A model generated the notes under the pieces. That model had not been told where the DNA came from. It was given only the letters and a program-made list of their open reading frames with translations, and ran no database searches. A program made the position numbers and the translations under genes. Shown one piece after another: positions 37,332 to 47,369 of a stretch of DNA of 64,000 nucleotides. Each line of letters starts with the position of its first letter. The first letter of the stretch is position 1. The DNA is from a virus: the IMG/VR virus record IMGVR_UViG_3300048136_000205, positions 2,287 through 66,286 of that record; one strand, written 5' to 3'.

Positions 37332-37362
37332 CTCTGTCTATAAATAATTGTAGACAGAGGAG
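37332..37362 (+). promoter_or_regulatory. Late promoter inside an RBS-occluding hairpin
   Basis: CTCTGTCTA/TAGACAGAG stem, TATAAATA at 37339, 3' arm overlaps GAGGAG. Confidence 0.8.
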
Positions 37363-37370
37363 AGAGTCTA

Positions 37371-37640
37371 ATGCGCACTTTATATACTGTAGGCGTAACT
37401 GCCCTGCTGTGTTCTCTGATCTGGGTTGTAAGCATAGCAGAGTTACATGATGAATATATAAAGGTGATAGATCAAAAAGACAGTCGAATCACTCAACTAG
37501 AGAGAAAGACTGGACAAGATCGCAATACTATTATTAGGTACGATATCGGACTAAGGCAATTCTTGTTTGCATGTACTACGAAACAAGAAATACTCATAGA
37601 GAGGAAGCAATACGTCTGCTATCAAATTGAGAAGGCATAA
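37371..37640 (+). CDS. N-terminal TM plus coiled-coil protein (i-spanin-like candidate)
   Basis: TM residues 5-23, heptads, two C-terminal Cys. Confidence 0.6.
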   Translation: MRTLYTVGVTALLCSLIWVVSIAELHDEYIKVIDQKDSRITQLERKTGQDRNTIIRYDIGLRQFLFACTTKQEILIERKQYVCYQIEKA

Positions 37641-37641
37641 C

Positions 37642-38076
37642 ATGATTACGAATTACCGTAGAGAAGTTTTCGAAATTTTCGAAGAATTCAAAAAGGCAGA
37701 CGGTCGAGATGGTCGACTTGATGTTCTAAAAAAATACTCCGATAACTGGGCATTCCTAGATATCATCCGTGGGTCGTTCGACGAATCTTTGGAGTTCATA
37801 CTCCCCGAAGGACGCCCACCTTTCACCCCCAATAAACCAGAATCTGCCCCTAGCAGTCTACTCAGACGACACAAAGACTTTACTCTTTTTGTTAAAGGTG
37901 GACGGGGAGAGACGTTACCTGCGTTCCAACGAGAGAATAAGTTCATCCAGTTACTGGAATCCGTTCATCCGGAGGATGCAGAGTACGTGATAAAAATGGT
38001 GGCAAAGAAACCACCGTGTCGTTACATAACTAAAAAACTTGTGCAGGAGGCATATCCAAACTTGATCCGTGAGTAA
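37642..38076 (+). CDS. Conserved T4-like hypothetical protein
   Basis: LPEGRPPF ... RENKFIQLLESVHPEDA. Confidence 0.8.
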   Translation: MITNYRREVFEIFEEFKKADGRDGRLDVLKKYSDNWAFLDIIRGSFDESLEFILPEGRPPFTPNKPESAPSSLLRRHKDFTLFVKGGRGETLPAFQRENKFIQLLESVHPEDAEYVIKMVAKKPPCRYITKKLVQEAYPNLIRE

Positions 38077-38354
38077 AATCTCATAATTCGACAAACAAAA
38101 CTATAACAGGGAGTACCTTATGTCGATATCAGAAAAAAAGTTGAACCAAAATATTAACGAACTACAAAGGTTTGTGCATGATACGAGAAAACAAGCAATC
38201 TATTCACAGAGTAATCGAACAACGACTCTTACGAATTATCAAAATTTGCTAATTTCTATTCAACAACTTTCTGCATAGGGGGTGACGTATCTCTTCAGAG
38301 ACAATATTGAGTTCTTTGTCGTAGTGAATGATCAACGTTTGGGATGGTTAAATA

Positions 38355-38597
38355 ATGCCACAGTATGAGTTTAAAAACAAGGAAACCGGAGAGGTCACAG
38401 AAGTGTCTCTCCGGTTATCCGAATACGACCAGTGGAAATCGAATAACCCACAATGGGAACGATACCACAGTCCCACATCCGCACCTAAAATGGTTACCGG
38501 AGTGAGATCTACTTTATCTATAGCTGGTAAGGAATGGGAGGATAAACTGTCCGCAATCAAAAAAGGATCGGGCAAAGACAATACAATTAACGTGTAG
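38355..38597 (+). CDS. FmdB-like small protein
   Basis: MPQYEFKNKETGE...W..KL..IKK. Confidence 0.7.
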   Translation: MPQYEFKNKETGEVTEVSLRLSEYDQWKSNNPQWERYHSPTSAPKMVTGVRSTLSIAGKEWEDKLSAIKKGSGKDNTINV

Positions 38598-38605
38598 GTA
38601 AAGGC

Positions 38606-38797
38606 ATGATTTTTTCAAAGTTGTTTCGACATGCGAAAGTGAACAAGGTAGATAACGATCCAGATCCACAAGACATATCTGTAGACAATGCATATAAGAC
38701 ACGTTGGATTTGGTACCACACAATCTTAGCACTAGAACTGTTGATGACTAACGTTCTTCTTGCGGGTATTCTAACTGCACTAGTAGTTAAGTTATAG
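38606..38797 (+). CDS. Small membrane protein
   Basis: AYKTRWIWYHTILA plus TM. Confidence 0.65.
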   Translation: MIFSKLFRHAKVNKVDNDPDPQDISVDNAYKTRWIWYHTILALELLMTNVLLAGILTALVVKL

Positions 38798-39478
38798 ATG
38801 AAAGCTAAATATATTAACGGGTGGCATTGTACAGTATACGAAAATGATCACTTTGCAATTAATTATTTCAAGACGTTTCCATTAAGTAGAAATTTCGAGC
38901 AATGGCACGGCAATTTATGGCCTATGCTTAGGAACAATTTTCTCAAAGAGAAGGGTGGGGTAGCATTAGATCTAGGATCTAACTATGGATTCTTCACGAT
39001 TCCCTTTGCCTCTCACTTCGATGAGGTGCATGCTTTTGATATGCAATTGGATGTTCTGACGTGTCTTTATGCTAACATATCGGCACTGGACATCTCAAAC
39101 GTAAAGCTAGTCCATAAGGCAGTCAGTGATAAAAATGAAAGATTATCTTACATGCCCCGTAACCCGTCAGGACATTGTTACCTACTGCCGGACGACGGTG
39201 GTACAATAAAGGTAGACTCAATAACGTTAGACAGTTACCCAATTGAAGGAGATGTGCGATTCATAAAATTAGACATCGAAGGTGCTGAACTAAAAGCACT
39301 GTATGGTGGTATTGAGTTGATACGAAAACATAGACCTTTAATTATGTTGGAGTTTCATTCTCAAAGAGACAGTCTATCTAACTTCAATGCACGACAAACC
39401 CTACTACAGTTCTTCAAAGATCTTGAGTATGAACTAGTAGATTTTGTAAGAAACGATTTTATATTCGCACCAAAGTAA
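38798..39478 (+). CDS. FkbM family methyltransferase
   Basis: LDLGSNYG, AVSD, ITLDS, IKLDIEGAE, PLIMLE. Confidence 0.9.
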   Translation: MKAKYINGWHCTVYENDHFAINYFKTFPLSRNFEQWHGNLWPMLRNNFLKEKGGVALDLGSNYGFFTIPFASHFDEVHAFDMQLDVLTCLYANISALDISNVKLVHKAVSDKNERLSYMPRNPSGHCYLLPDDGGTIKVDSITLDSYPIEGDVRFIKLDIEGAELKALYGGIELIRKHRPLIMLEFHSQRDSLSNFNARQTLLQFFKDLEYELVDFVRNDFIFAPK

Positions 39479-39479
39479 A

Positions 39480-39968
39480 ATGACAAATTTTAACAAACAG
39501 TCTGTTTACGAACAACTAAAACTTGATGAAGGAGTTGTTTATGAGATTTATCTCGACCATCTCAACTATCCCACGTTCGGTGTTGGGCATCTCATCACGA
39601 AGAGTGACGTCGAGTACGGCTACCCAATCGGAACAAAAGTTTCCCCAGAAAGGGTTGCACAGGCATTCGATGCAGATCTCGAAATATCCTTGCGAGAGTG
39701 TGGTTTGTTATACGGACACTGCTGGTCTAGTTTTCCAAATGAAGTCAAGGAAATCTTGGTCAACATGATGTTTAACCTTGGTAGGCCAAGACTAAGTAAG
39801 TTTAAGAAAATGAACGGTCACCTTGAAATGGGTGATTGGAAGAATGCGGCAGTTGAAGGTCGTGATTCGAAATGGTATCGTCAAGTAGGCAATCGTGCTG
39901 AACGACTAATGACAAGGTTAGAGAATGTCCCAGAACGCAATATTCCAGTATATGATTGTCACCAATGA
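39480..39968 (+). CDS. T4-type lysozyme (GH24) endolysin
   Basis: LKLDEG, YLDHLNYPTFGVGH, NMMFNLG, DSKWYRQVGNRA. Confidence 0.92.
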   Translation: MTNFNKQSVYEQLKLDEGVVYEIYLDHLNYPTFGVGHLITKSDVEYGYPIGTKVSPERVAQAFDADLEISLRECGLLYGHCWSSFPNEVKEILVNMMFNLGRPRLSKFKKMNGHLEMGDWKNAAVEGRDSKWYRQVGNRAERLMTRLENVPERNIPVYDCHQ

Positions 39969-40752
39969 GGTTGACAAACGAGGCAACATCAAAGGATACG
40001 ACGGCACCCGATCCCAACTATATCAAGAGGTAGCAAACATTTCCAAAACGTCCTTTGAAGACTATGCGGAAAAAATAGGTGCCAAACACTTCTATTCAGA
40101 CGAACGTGTCATCACTAAGGGACACGGTTGTTCGACATCCCTACTACACGAGTGTGCTCGTGTCTGGTTGGACCCTATCTTTGATGACTATGACAATGTT
40201 CTGTTTGCAGACACAGACATCGTAGTTAATACCGAAGAAAATATATTCGATGTGATGGAGTCTGGTGCCGATGTCTACGGTGTCCTAGAGTCAGACTTTG
40301 TCACCGCAAACGGTGGTGGCTATAATTCTTGGGATTACAAAGAAAATACCTATAGAGATTTCTGCCGTAAGTTTTCTATGCATGACTGCCCCATCATACC
40401 TGTTATGCCACCCAACAGACCATCTAAACTAATGATAATGAACACGGGTATCGTTCTATGGACAAAAGAAGCACGTCTACGTGCACGTGAATTGTTCATG
40501 CCGTGGGAGGACTGGTGTTACACTGGAGACTTCCACATGTCCATCATGAATGACCAACCCTACATCTCTTCTCAATTGATGAAGCATGACTTCGATGTCG
40601 AGACTATTGATCAGACATGGAACGACTCTCCGCACTACGCATCTGAAGAGGAATTCTTCGAGAAAGCAAAGTTCTGTCACTACACTGGGGGTGAGTGGAA
40701 GGTCGACATGCTACGTCATTGGAAAGACCGAAGATATAACACACAGAGGTAA
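39925..40752 (+). CDS. GT-A glycosyltransferase (GT8/GT34-like)
   Basis: VLFADTDI, NTGIVL, NDQPY, WN, FCHY. Confidence 0.75.
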   Translation: MSQNAIFQYMIVTNEVDKRGNIKGYDGTRSQLYQEVANISKTSFEDYAEKIGAKHFYSDERVITKGHGCSTSLLHECARVWLDPIFDDYDNVLFADTDIVVNTEENIFDVMESGADVYGVLESDFVTANGGGYNSWDYKENTYRDFCRKFSMHDCPIIPVMPPNRPSKLMIMNTGIVLWTKEARLRARELFMPWEDWCYTGDFHMSIMNDQPYISSQLMKHDFDVETIDQTWNDSPHYASEEEFFEKAKFCHYTGGEWKVDMLRHWKDRRYNTQR

Positions 40753-40755
40753 CTT

Positions 40756-40818
40756 TGTGAATATTACCGGAATGTTTTTAAAATGAGTGTTGACAAGCAC
40801 TCCTCTCTCATGTATAGT
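40756..40818 (+). promoter_or_regulatory. Early promoter cassette
   Basis: TGTGAATATTACC box; TTGACA-N17-TATAGT. Confidence 0.75.
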
Positions 40819-40851
40819 ATAGACTTGGAAGTGAGAGAACGGAGACCAGAA

Positions 40852-41058
40852 ATGGAAACACTTTATCGAGTAGAGAACGCCGAACTGGGAATTGCATCTG
40901 AGGTACGTAAAACCCTTGACGGTTCTAAGCGAGTATATGCCCTGTACATGATCGACACCGATGCTGACTCTGTTGTAATGACTCAGTTGGGTGACAACTA
41001 TGATCGATTCGTAGACAAGGCAGATGAGTTCGCACACGTGAATGCATGGGCGAGCTAG
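40852..41058 (+). CDS. Early hypothetical protein
   Basis: GGAG RBS; METLYRVE. Confidence 0.65.
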   Translation: METLYRVENAELGIASEVRKTLDGSKRVYALYMIDTDADSVVMTQLGDNYDRFVDKADEFAHVNAWAS

Positions 41059-41410
41059 ATGTACGAAGTGGTAAACCATAAGCATGGTCGTCGTGCGGTA
41101 GTCGATGAGGCACCGACCGACAAATATGAATATCGTCTAGTGATGTATCAGGACGGTCTATCAATAGCTGTGAAATTCGGAGAGAACCGCCACGATTTAG
41201 AGTGGTTCGCTGATAAATTTATTCGAGAGGGCAAGGTGGTATGACTGAAGAAATACAAGTAAAAATCGATGACATCGTTACTCACTATATGTACAGGACA
41301 GAGTTTGCACCCGATTGGGCAAACATGCAAGTTGCTCTGTATGATGAAGGGTTGACACCCAGTGAAGTTTATGTCGTAATGCAAAATGTTCGAGAGGAGG
41401 GAGTTGCCCC

Positions 41411-41983
41411 GTGAGGGATAAAGTAATACTCGTTGATTGTGATGGTGTCTTGTTAGACTGGATGTATGCATTCCAGCAATGGATGAAACGTCACGGTTAC
41501 ATTATGAAAAATCCGGATGTGTATGATGTCGGTATGATGTATGGTCTGGAGCAAAACGAGAAACGTCGACTTTGTCGCATGTTTAATGAGTCTGCAACAA
41601 TCCGCAAGATTCCACCTCTAAGAGATGCAATTAAATACGTCAAGAAGTTACACGAGGAGCATGGTTACGTGTTTCACGCAATCACCTCTTTGAGTAACGA
41701 CGAATACGCACAACACTTGCGTACTAAGAACTTGCAAGAGATGTTTGGTCCTACGGTATTCGAGAAGTATGTATATCTCGATACGGGAGCAGACAAGGAT
41801 GAAGAGTTAGAGTTCTACCGAGGCACAGGATGTTTGTGGGTAGAAGACAAGGTAGATAATGCCATCGCTGGTGCGAAGGTAGGTCTTGAGTCTGTAGTGA
41901 TGTCACACGGTTACAATCAGAACAGTGAGTTCCCATTGATGCGTAACTGGAAAGATATATATGACTACGTCTTAGGACAATAA
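41411..41983 (+). CDS. HAD-family nucleotidase (T4 gp30.2-like)
   Basis: LVDCDGVLLDW, AITS, K, WVEDK. Confidence 0.85.
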   Translation: MRDKVILVDCDGVLLDWMYAFQQWMKRHGYIMKNPDVYDVGMMYGLEQNEKRRLCRMFNESATIRKIPPLRDAIKYVKKLHEEHGYVFHAITSLSNDEYAQHLRTKNLQEMFGPTVFEKYVYLDTGADKDEELEFYRGTGCLWVEDKVDNAIAGAKVGLESVVMSHGYNQNSEFPLMRNWKDIYDYVLGQ

Positions 41984-42006
41984 GTTCCCGCTCAAGGTAG
42001 CATGTC

Positions 42007-42043
42007 GGGGGGTCAAAAGACCCCCCCTTTTTTTATATAAATA
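42007..42043 (+). terminator. Intrinsic terminator followed by late promoter
   Basis: GGGGGGTC-AAAA-GACCCCCC-T7; TATAAATA at 42036. Confidence 0.85.
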
Positions 42044-42071
42044 TCTAAGTCATTAACTACGAGATACACTC

Positions 42072-43589
42072 ATGAGATTTGTCGGTTACAGTGAATATTA
42101 TCATGATGCAGGATTCGCAATCATCAATGAAGATGGTGTAGTCGAGTTTGCAACACACGGAGAACGTTACTCCAAAAAGAAAAACGACCCCCACCTACCA
42201 GAAGTCCTCTGGGACATGGTCAGAGACGACGACCACCTATCATTCTACGAGGACCAAACCCTCAAGTTCGATATGCGTGGTGGACTCGAAGTCAAAGGTG
42301 ACACCTCTCATCTCAAAGACCGTCCAGACACCGCCGAAGAAACCTTCAGCCGTCTCATCATCCCTAACGCACAGACGTTTGATGTCAATCATCTACACCA
42401 TGAGTCGCACTGCGCATGCGCATTCTACACCCGACCTTGGGACTCTGCAGAGGATACCGTTCTGGTATCGATTGATGGTGTCGGTGAGTTGCAGACTGCT
42501 ACCATCATGGACCACAACTTTAATCTGATCAAAGAATGGCACTACCCTAAGTCGGTAGGTCTAGTCTATACTCTAGTGACTAAATTCCTTGGTCTACGTC
42601 CACTCGAAGATGAATATGTGGTCATGGGGTTATCTGCATATCATGAGACTGACGAAGAGACTTGGGCAATTACTCAGTGGTTGATTGATTGGTACGATAA
42701 CCTAGAGGACATCGCACCAGAGATTGCAGACGGTATCGCAGTCGGCATCGAGACATCACCTCGTGAGATCGCACGTAAGCAGTGGAGGAAAGAATTTAAA
42801 AATAAGATTTTGTCAGTAGAAGACAAAGTTGCCGCACGTGCTACCCAAGATTTCGCAGACTATGCGATCATGGGTATAATGCGTGAAGCTGCTAAATATG
42901 GTAAGAAGTTGTGTTACTCTGGGGGGTGCGCACAGAACGTCGTAATTAACTCACGTCTATTTGAGTTGTTCGACGAAGTGCACATTGCAGTATCACCAAC
43001 AGATGCTGGTTCGGGTCTAGGTACTGCCGCACGTTCATGGGCAAAAGCAACAGGTAAGGATAAACTTATTTGGAGTCCATATGCGGGATATGATATTACC
43101 GATCCTATTGATCCCAGTGCTGTCGTTGACCATCTGCTTGAACATAAGTATTGCGGTATTGCTAATGGAAGGGCTGAATTCGGCCCTAGAGCTCTTGGCA
43201 ACCGCTCACTTATTGCTGACGTAAGATTCGACGTACAGGACACGGTCAATACGATCAAACGTCGTCAGAAGTATCGTCCATTTGCTCCTGCAATCCTAGA
43301 GGAATATGCAGAGGAGTATTTCGACGGTCCAATGAACGAACACATGCAATTTACTTCGTGGGCAAAACACGATTATGCACCAGTAACACACGTGGATGGA
43401 TCGGCACGTGTACAGATTGTGCGCAAAGATTGTGAATCGGTGTTCCGCAAGGTCATCGAGGAGTACTACGATAGAACGGGAGTACCAATGCTCCTGAATA
43501 CCTCTCTCAACATTCGAGGACGTCCTATGGTTAATGACGAACTGGACGCCGAGATGTGGGAACAGAAGTATGATGTGAAGGTTTTCTAG
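42072..43589 (+). CDS. Carbamoyltransferase (NodU/CmcH family)
   Basis: HDAG, ERYSKKK, HHESH, IDGVGE, SGGCAQN, EFGPRALGNRS, RPFAP, LLNTSLN. Confidence 0.93.
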   Translation: MRFVGYSEYYHDAGFAIINEDGVVEFATHGERYSKKKNDPHLPEVLWDMVRDDDHLSFYEDQTLKFDMRGGLEVKGDTSHLKDRPDTAEETFSRLIIPNAQTFDVNHLHHESHCACAFYTRPWDSAEDTVLVSIDGVGELQTATIMDHNFNLIKEWHYPKSVGLVYTLVTKFLGLRPLEDEYVVMGLSAYHETDEETWAITQWLIDWYDNLEDIAPEIADGIAVGIETSPREIARKQWRKEFKNKILSVEDKVAARATQDFADYAIMGIMREAAKYGKKLCYSGGCAQNVVINSRLFELFDEVHIAVSPTDAGSGLGTAARSWAKATGKDKLIWSPYAGYDITDPIDPSAVVDHLLEHKYCGIANGRAEFGPRALGNRSLIADVRFDVQDTVNTIKRRQKYRPFAPAILEEYAEEYFDGPMNEHMQFTSWAKHDYAPVTHVDGSARVQIVRKDCESVFRKVIEEYYDRTGVPMLLNTSLNIRGRPMVNDELDAEMWEQKYDVKVF

Positions 43590-43611
43590 GAACTCTAGCA
43601 CAACTTCGATC

Positions 43612-43634
43612 GGGGGTCTTCGGACCCCCATTTT
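43612..43634 (+). terminator. Intrinsic terminator (UUCG loop)
   Basis: GGGGGTC-TTCG-GACCCCC-ATTTT. Confidence 0.75.
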
Positions 43635-43654
43635 AATAACAATAAAGGTTAGGT

Positions 43655-43816
43655 ATGGGACATCTAAAAGATATAGGTCTTAACTACTTCGAGCATCTAT
43701 ACAGGGCATGGACAATTTCGTTTGTCTCTTTTGTGCACGGTCTACTCCCGTTTGTTTGGGAAGACAAGGCAAAGGAACTGATCAATGGAGACCCTCAAGA
43801 TTTTAAGGTGAAGTGA
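43655..43816 (+). CDS. Small membrane-associated protein (not in ORF track)
   Basis: HLKDIGLNYFEHL...VHGLLPF. Confidence 0.65.
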   Translation: MGHLKDIGLNYFEHLYRAWTISFVSFVHGLLPFVWEDKAKELINGDPQDFKVK

Positions 43817-44082
43817 TGGAAGATGAATTTATCTGCCCAGATGATCTGGTCTGTATAGAAGTTGAAACATGGAATGGCATCGTAGAAGAATACGACATGG
43901 CACTCGAATACACAGATGTTTCTAAAACGAGTGACGTTCAAGCAATCATCGATGTCACGTGGGAGATGTTATTTCTCCACCCGTGGGATCTGATCTACAT
44001 CGGTCTACCGATGAGTGTCCTCGCATTCTACGGATTGTCCATATACGCAGCCTACAGATGGATACAAAAGAGGTTTAGTTAA
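43816..44082 (+). CDS. Membrane protein
   Basis: Acidic N-terminus, C-terminal TM. Confidence 0.6.
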   Translation: MEDEFICPDDLVCIEVETWNGIVEEYDMALEYTDVSKTSDVQAIIDVTWEMLFLHPWDLIYIGLPMSVLAFYGLSIYAAYRWIQKRFS

Positions 44083-44421
44083 ATGACAGAAGAAGCAGTA
44101 GCAGTACCAGTAATAGAAAAAAAGAAACTGCAAGTAGAGATCGAATTAGATACGACTCAGAAAGCACCGGAGTACAATAGGTTCGAACCACTTCTACAGT
44201 TTGCAGACGTAATTGACGCATACAGACTATTTCCTCGTGCATTCATTGGAACTTATCTGTATCTTCTTATTCAGACGACTCAATGGTTTATGTCTCTACC
44301 AGAACCCAACGCATCACAAGCAGGCCTTATCTCTGTCGTGGTCGGTGCGGGTGCCGCATGGTTTGGTCTATATACTTCTACTGGATCAGCACGTAAAGTC
44401 AAGAGTATTAAGACTAACTAA
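44083..44421 (+). CDS. Two-TM holin-like protein
   Basis: DAYRLFPR, WFMSLPEP, GAGAAWFGLY. Confidence 0.65.
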   Translation: MTEEAVAVPVIEKKKLQVEIELDTTQKAPEYNRFEPLLQFADVIDAYRLFPRAFIGTYLYLLIQTTQWFMSLPEPNASQAGLISVVVGAGAAWFGLYTSTGSARKVKSIKTN

Positions 44422-45302
44422 TGAGACAATCGGAACTTGTAACTTGGAGAGGTACACCAGGTGTAGGTGATTTTATGTGGGCACTTAACTCGTGCCACAA
44501 ATATGCCGCAGACTATAATGTCAGGAAAATCAACCTAGAGTTCCATTGGGAGCATGGCCCTGAATATCTACATCACTTTGAAGATCCCGAAACAATCATC
44601 GAGAGGTGTAACTACATCCATAACTTCTATCACGACAAAGATCGTGTTGAAGTGCATCACATTTATAACGCCCAAGGCAGATATCGTGACTGGAAGTTCA
44701 ATGACGATATTGTCAGAGAAGAAGACGGCACCAGTAGGATTGCATCTATTCATAGGAAGAAGTCACGATTCTGGTTTGAGTCTGGTGTATATTCCGATGA
44801 AGAGGGTGGTAAGGCACCAGACAACGATTGGATCTTTCGGAAAGATGCATTTAAAGATTACATGGATAATAGAGTTACTATTTGGAGACCTATTTGGAAC
44901 GCAGAGACTCCAAGAACGTGGAAACGTTTATTCACAAATGACGACTGGGAACGAGCAATTGCTCATCTAAAAGGTATGGGTTTTGAGATACATGAAATTT
45001 CATATCGCACTCCAGCATCTGAAGCAATGTATCTGATCTCTACATCGAGGTTAGTACTGTGCTACGACGGTATCTGGCACTATATCGCAAAGAATTTTGC
45101 TAGACCTTTAGCCGTAACTTCAGCTGAAGGTGTGACTAAATATCATACACCGAATGCACTTAGAATGAGTCCCGAGTTAGATTCACATCAAGAATATAGC
45201 CCTTGGTGGTGGATAAATAATATGGGGACTCTTTTAGGTGAAACTAAACGAAGAGCAATTGACTACGAAACAAGGTTGAGTAAATACTATGGAAATGACT
45301 AG
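44421..45302 (+). CDS. GT-B (GT9-like) glycosyltransferase-like protein
   Basis: GTPGVGD N-terminal motif; LISTSRLVLCYDGIWHYIA. Confidence 0.6.
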   Translation: MRQSELVTWRGTPGVGDFMWALNSCHKYAADYNVRKINLEFHWEHGPEYLHHFEDPETIIERCNYIHNFYHDKDRVEVHHIYNAQGRYRDWKFNDDIVREEDGTSRIASIHRKKSRFWFESGVYSDEEGGKAPDNDWIFRKDAFKDYMDNRVTIWRPIWNAETPRTWKRLFTNDDWERAIAHLKGMGFEIHEISYRTPASEAMYLISTSRLVLCYDGIWHYIAKNFARPLAVTSAEGVTKYHTPNALRMSPELDSHQEYSPWWWINNMGTLLGETKRRAIDYETRLSKYYGND

Positions 45303-46281
45303 AGAAACTTTTACGATCGACCGTGCGGTCATCGAGGTTGCTGGGGGATGTAACTATTCCTGCAGCATGTGTCCGCAAGACCTACGTGAGGGTGGTCGTC
45401 ATAAAGGATTCCGACGCATCATGAAACTGGATGAGTTCGAGGGATACGTTGCAGACTGTGCGAAGCACGGACTCCGTGTCGTGAACCTTGACGGTTCCGG
45501 TGAAGCAACAATGGCAAAGAACCTACCTGAGTACATCAAGGTAGTGAAGAAGTATGGTGCAAAGTGTTTCATCTTCTCTAACGGATTTAAGATGGAAGGT
45601 CAGTACATGCGTGACTGTGTCGATGCTGGTCTAGACTTCTACCGATTTTCATTCATTGGGTCAGACGAACAAGACTATACCAAATGGATGTACAATGCTG
45701 TAGGTGGGCACTACGCACAAATCAAACGCAACATTCAGGAAATGGTTTCCTATGTAAATGAAACAGGCGCAGATTGCGTAGTGTCTACCTATCACCTTAT
45801 CACGGATAACGATAAGATTGATGAAGAATTAACCAAGTACAAAGCACTGGTAGATGAGTTGGGTGTCAAGACAGAGATCTGGAAGATGCACAACTGGTCG
45901 GGGGCATACGAAATTGGTGATAACGCAAGATCAGGAAAAGTAAAAAGTTGCGGACGACCATTTAGTCCAGATGTTGTTATACGTGCTGGAGGTCTTGACG
46001 GTAAACATGGTGCTGTACACCCTTGTTGTCAGGTACTGGGACGTGATGAAGAAGCGGTCCTTGGACACTGTCAAGACGACACTATCGAAGACATCTTCTT
46101 TGGTGCGGAATACGAAGAACTTCGTGAACAACACCGCACAGGTGAATACCCAGGCTTCTGTAAAGATTGTGACTTCTTAGTCGACGATCCAGAGGTTCTG
46201 GTCTATACTAACCACGAACGTGACCTCATGAAAATGCATGGCACGAACTTCACACTCAACGACTATAGGGATAACGAATAA
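45289..46281 (+). CDS. Radical SAM protein with SPASM/twitch domain
   Basis: CNYSCSMC, GEA, SNG; C...HPCC...CKDC. Confidence 0.92.
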   Translation: MEMTRETFTIDRAVIEVAGGCNYSCSMCPQDLREGGRHKGFRRIMKLDEFEGYVADCAKHGLRVVNLDGSGEATMAKNLPEYIKVVKKYGAKCFIFSNGFKMEGQYMRDCVDAGLDFYRFSFIGSDEQDYTKWMYNAVGGHYAQIKRNIQEMVSYVNETGADCVVSTYHLITDNDKIDEELTKYKALVDELGVKTEIWKMHNWSGAYEIGDNARSGKVKSCGRPFSPDVVIRAGGLDGKHGAVHPCCQVLGRDEEAVLGHCQDDTIEDIFFGAEYEELREQHRTGEYPGFCKDCDFLVDDPEVLVYTNHERDLMKMHGTNFTLNDYRDNE

Positions 46282-46487
46282 TGTGGGGACTTACACAAGC
46301 AGCTGTATTAGTAGCAAAGGCAAAAGAATGGATCAACGAACGCATCGGAGAACGCACCACATGGGACGGGACAGTCATTGTTGCGGTCTGTGGTAGTTAT
46401 ATCCTCTTTGAGTCTTTAATTACACTGGTAGCATACGGTGGTGTTTTATACGGATTATGGACTATTTGGAAAGAAGAGCAAAAATAA
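46281..46487 (+). CDS. Small membrane protein
   Basis: ERTTWDG plus two TM. Confidence 0.65.
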   Translation: MWGLTQAAVLVAKAKEWINERIGERTTWDGTVIVAVCGSYILFESLITLVAYGGVLYGLWTIWKEEQK

Positions 46488-46496
46488 TCCACAAGA

Positions 46497-46528
46497 GCCG
46501 GACTTCGAGTCCGGTTTTTTTATAAATA
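46497..46528 (+). terminator. Terminator followed by late promoter
   Basis: GCCGGACT-TCG-AGTCCGGT-T6; TATAAATA at 46521. Confidence 0.85.
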
Positions 46529-46607
46529 ATTAAACTGTGATGGTGACCACTGGCCAGAGTATGGACACATCGCAGTATTCTTAGAACGTTCAAACAAGGA
46601 AAGAAAT

Positions 46608-47306
46608 ATGTCTGAAGCAATATCTATGCGTGATCTGTCGGATCAAGTGCTGGTAGGTGGTGCAGGTTGTGGTGCAGACTTTCTACAAAACATGTATGGT
46701 ATGTGGGTTCGTGCTGAAAAAGCAGTAGCACCTACACACGGTACAAATTTAGAAGTTGCAGTAGAAGCACATCACGTTAACCTAAAACCTGTAGTAACTA
46801 CTTCATTAGATTATACTCCAGCAAGAGACGGTATCACTAAAGAAGCACTTCTACAGTGCACAACTGACCGTCGTTATCTAATCCGTCGTGATTGGAAAGA
46901 CGCACTAGTTCAAGTATGGCAAACATTCGAACCAGAAATGTCATGGGAAGGTTTCCGTGACTCAAGTCTAGGTTTAAGTATGGTAGCAGAATTCGAATCG
47001 GCAGTCTCTGACGTCGTATTCGAAAAAGAAATATCATACGAGGAATTGGTTGCCGAACCTCAACGTGTACTAATGGATTTCGTATTCAGTGTACTACCTC
47101 AACAAGATAACCCAGCAGTGGTTAATTATGGTGAGAAGAAAGAGGAGATTGATCTAGGTTGCATCGACGTTGCTGTAGAGAAGTCAGAAGTCCGTTCACT
47201 ACGTGAATGGTCTGATTCAGGTCTTGTCGAGAAAGTAGGAATCTGGAAAGAATTCCTATCTCCAGCACAAGCAGAAGAGATTGACGAATTCGTAGCATCA
47301 CTATAA
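46608..47306 (+). CDS. Degenerate sulfotransferase-fold protein
   Basis: RDWKDALV, ISYEELVAEP, KVGIWKEFLSPAQ; lacks the 5'-PSB KSGT motif. Confidence 0.6.
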   Translation: MSEAISMRDLSDQVLVGGAGCGADFLQNMYGMWVRAEKAVAPTHGTNLEVAVEAHHVNLKPVVTTSLDYTPARDGITKEALLQCTTDRRYLIRRDWKDALVQVWQTFEPEMSWEGFRDSSLGLSMVAEFESAVSDVVFEKEISYEELVAEPQRVLMDFVFSVLPQQDNPAVVNYGEKKEEIDLGCIDVAVEKSEVRSLREWSDSGLVEKVGIWKEFLSPAQAEEIDEFVASL

Positions 47307-47324
47307 TGCGCATACTCTAAATAG

Positions 47325-47353
47325 AAAGACGGGCATGTCCCGTCTTTTTTTTT
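47325..47353 (+). terminator. Intrinsic terminator
   Basis: AAAGACGGG-CATGT-CCCGTCTTT-T tract. Confidence 0.8.
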
Positions 47354-47369
47354 GTCTGAAGGAAATTAT

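Noticed and set aside
38120-38370. Possible TAG read-through of a small ORF (38120-38278) into about 30 further open codons
   Set aside because: No suppressor tRNA or recognisable protein motif; an open stretch this short is expected by chance.
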